A stretch of DNA of 64,000 nucleotides from Dehalococcoidia bacterium (lineage in GTDB: Bacteria > Chloroflexota > Dehalococcoidia > Lucifugimonadales > Australimonadaceae). Positions 62,720-64,000 of the stretch are shown one piece after another. Each line of letters starts with the position of its first letter. Position 1 is the first letter of the stretch. The translations under genes and the position numbers were made by a program. The notes beneath the pieces are model-generated. The model saw only the letters and a program-made list of their open reading frames with translations. It ran no database searches and was not told where the DNA came from. The DNA lies in the NCBI GenBank assembly GCA_034422795.1, contig DAOUJK010000006.1, positions 1,662 through 65,661 on the forward strand, in the 5' to 3' direction.

Positions 62720-63801
62720 AACCCCTTGTCGTACCAGGAGGTGAGGTCGCTGCCGAACCACTCGGTGGGGATCTCGGTGCCGACGCCGGCCTCGACCGCC
62801 TTGCGGTAGATGAGCGCCCCCGCCGCGGCCATCTGGATGCCCATGCCGGTGCTGTTCTTGTAGTAGACGATGTCACCGGGCTGCGCCTCCAATGCGGTCG
62901 TGCCGGCCACCACCTCCCCAAGCGTGCAGATCCTGTCCCACGACACCAACCCCTGCTCGATGGGGTCGAGCAGCTCGACCTGGTTGTTCGAGTAGACGCT
63001 GTCCCTGTCGTTGATGCAGATGAACGCGCTGCGGGCGAACGTCGTGTCGTCCACCTCGGACTTCTTGAAGTTGGCGTCGCTGTTCTGCAGCGAGATGACG
63101 AACTGCCCCGGCTCCAGCCAGTCGCCGTCGAATACCGGCTTGCCGCTCACGTACCCCGCGTTCGTCGCGCAGCAGACGATCTCGGTGCCCTCCATCGCCT
63201 CGCGCGGGTTGTCGACGGGCGTCACCTCGATCTCCAACTGCTGCGACATCTCGCTGGCGAACTCCTCGCGGTGCTCCTTCGTGGGGCTGTAGACCTTCAC
63301 GCTGCGCACCGGACGCACGAGCACGAGCGCCTCCAGGTCCGTCCGCGCCAGCTTGCCGCTGCCGAACATGCACACCGTCTGCGCGTCCGGCGGCGCGAGG
63401 TACTTCGCCGCGACGCCCGATGTCGCGCCGACCCGTACCCCCGACAGGTAGAACTCTTGGATGAAGGCGAGCGGCCGCCCGGTCTGCATGTCGATCAGGA
63501 CGATGAAGCCCCAGTTGCGGTTGTCGTACCTGGGCGAGCGCTCGCCCTGCGCGTTCGGCCTCGTGCTGCGCGCGCTCCCACCGATGCGTATCGCGGCGGT
63601 GTCGTACGACGGCGTCGTGCCGATGTGGATGTTGGAGCCGTATCTCACGTTGGGGTCGGTGGTGGGGCTGATGTAGCGGATGCGGGGGATGTTCACGGCG
63701 CCGCTGAGGGCGTGGTCGCGGTAGGCCGTCTCCATCGCCTCGAGGCAATCGGCCATCGGATGTACCCGCGCAACGTCTTCGTCACTCAGCACCAGCGTCA
63801 T
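62704..63801 (-). CDS. ornithine cyclodeaminase/mu-crystallin family protein
   Basis: AGGAGGAA RBS before the ATG at 63801. MTLVLSDEDV...AMETAY N-terminus, FGSGKLA Rossmann motif. The ORF extension to 63996 is rejected. Confidence 0.85.
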   Translation of the reverse strand: MTLVLSDEDVARVHPMADCLEAMETAYRDHALSGAVNIPRIRYISPTTDPNVRYGSNIHIGTTPSYDTAAIRIGGSARSTRPNAQGERSPRYDNRNWGFIVLIDMQTGRPLAFIQEFYLSGVRVGATSGVAAKYLAPPDAQTVCMFGSGKLARTDLEALVLVRPVRSVKVYSPTKEHREEFASEMSQQLEIEVTPVDNPREAMEGTEIVCCATNAGYVSGKPVFDGDWLEPGQFVISLQNSDANFKKSEVDDTTFARSAFICINDRDSVYSNNQVELLDPIEQGLVSWDRICTLGEVVAGTTALEAQPGDIVYYKNSTGMGIQMAAAGALIYRKAVEAGVGTEIPTEWFGSDLTSWYDKGFYPSA

Positions 63802-63818
63802 GCGTTCCTCCTGTGTGA

Positions 63819-64000
63819 TCAGACGTGCTGGTCCACCAGCACCGGGTTGCCGTCCGGGTCGATCGCCACGAAGCTCGCCGGTCCCGTGCCGCTCTCGTCC
63901 GCTTCGCTCACCAGCTGCACGCCCCTCGCCTTCAGTTGCCGCTGCAACTCGCGCACGTCCGTGAAGGCGCCCAGCGGGCGCGCCTGGCTGTCCCAACCGG
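63819..64000 (-). CDS. VOC/glyoxalase-family protein, C-terminal fragment (5' end outside window)
   Basis: Manual translation gives ...FTDVRELQRQLKARGVQLVSEADESGTGPASFVAIDPDGNPVLVDQHV followed by a stop. DPDGNxxxL is typical of the VOC fold. Confidence 0.55.
   Translation of the reverse strand, partial: GWDSQARPLGAFTDVRELQRQLKARGVQLVSEADESGTGPASFVAIDPDGNPVLVDQHV

Overview
High-GC (roughly 67-68% by eye), densely coding bacterial chromosomal window. The short Tsf, the long acidic-tailed RpoB/RpoC and several short intergenic repeat families suggest a Chloroflexota-like organism, but this lineage call is tentative. Backbone blocks: (1) a minus-strand conserved cluster rpsB-tsf-pyrH-frr-uppS-cdsA-(cytochrome c)-dxr-rseP-ispG; (2) apt, a thiolase and rpoB-rpoC; (3) ctaB-ctaA heme O/A synthesis with a tiny CoxII-like membrane protein; (4) four tandem dienelactone-hydrolase paralogs followed by an FAD disulfide oxidoreductase; (5) menB-menA, a vapBC pair and a large VWA protein; (6) a cell-surface cluster (HExxH lipoprotein, a 2100-aa GLUG-repeat membrane protein, a plant-type LRR lipoprotein, an LppM-like lipoprotein) divergent from a HisKA_3 kinase and a NarL-type regulator that carries an in-frame TAG; (7) a form-II-type coxSLM-coxD-coxE cluster with coxG, then a RelE/ParE-like TA cassette, a PaREP1-like gene and an ornithine cyclodeaminase. 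Two clearly AT-richer islands interrupt the backbone. Island 1 (about 27.0-31.9 kb) holds a beta-class DNA methyltransferase fused to an Mrr-like nuclease domain, convergent with a GNAT-PIN-ASCH multidomain protein that is translationally coupled to a stand-alone ASCH protein. This is my best candidate for an undescribed conflict or toxin-antitoxin-like system. Island 2 (about 51.6-55.1 kb) holds an orphan PD-(D/E)xK + SEC-C protein and a zinc-finger/AAA_25 RepA-like ATPase, and it sits between coxG and coxS. I found no rRNA, tRNA or CRISPR array. All functional calls come from motif recognition in the supplied translations; no database search was run.
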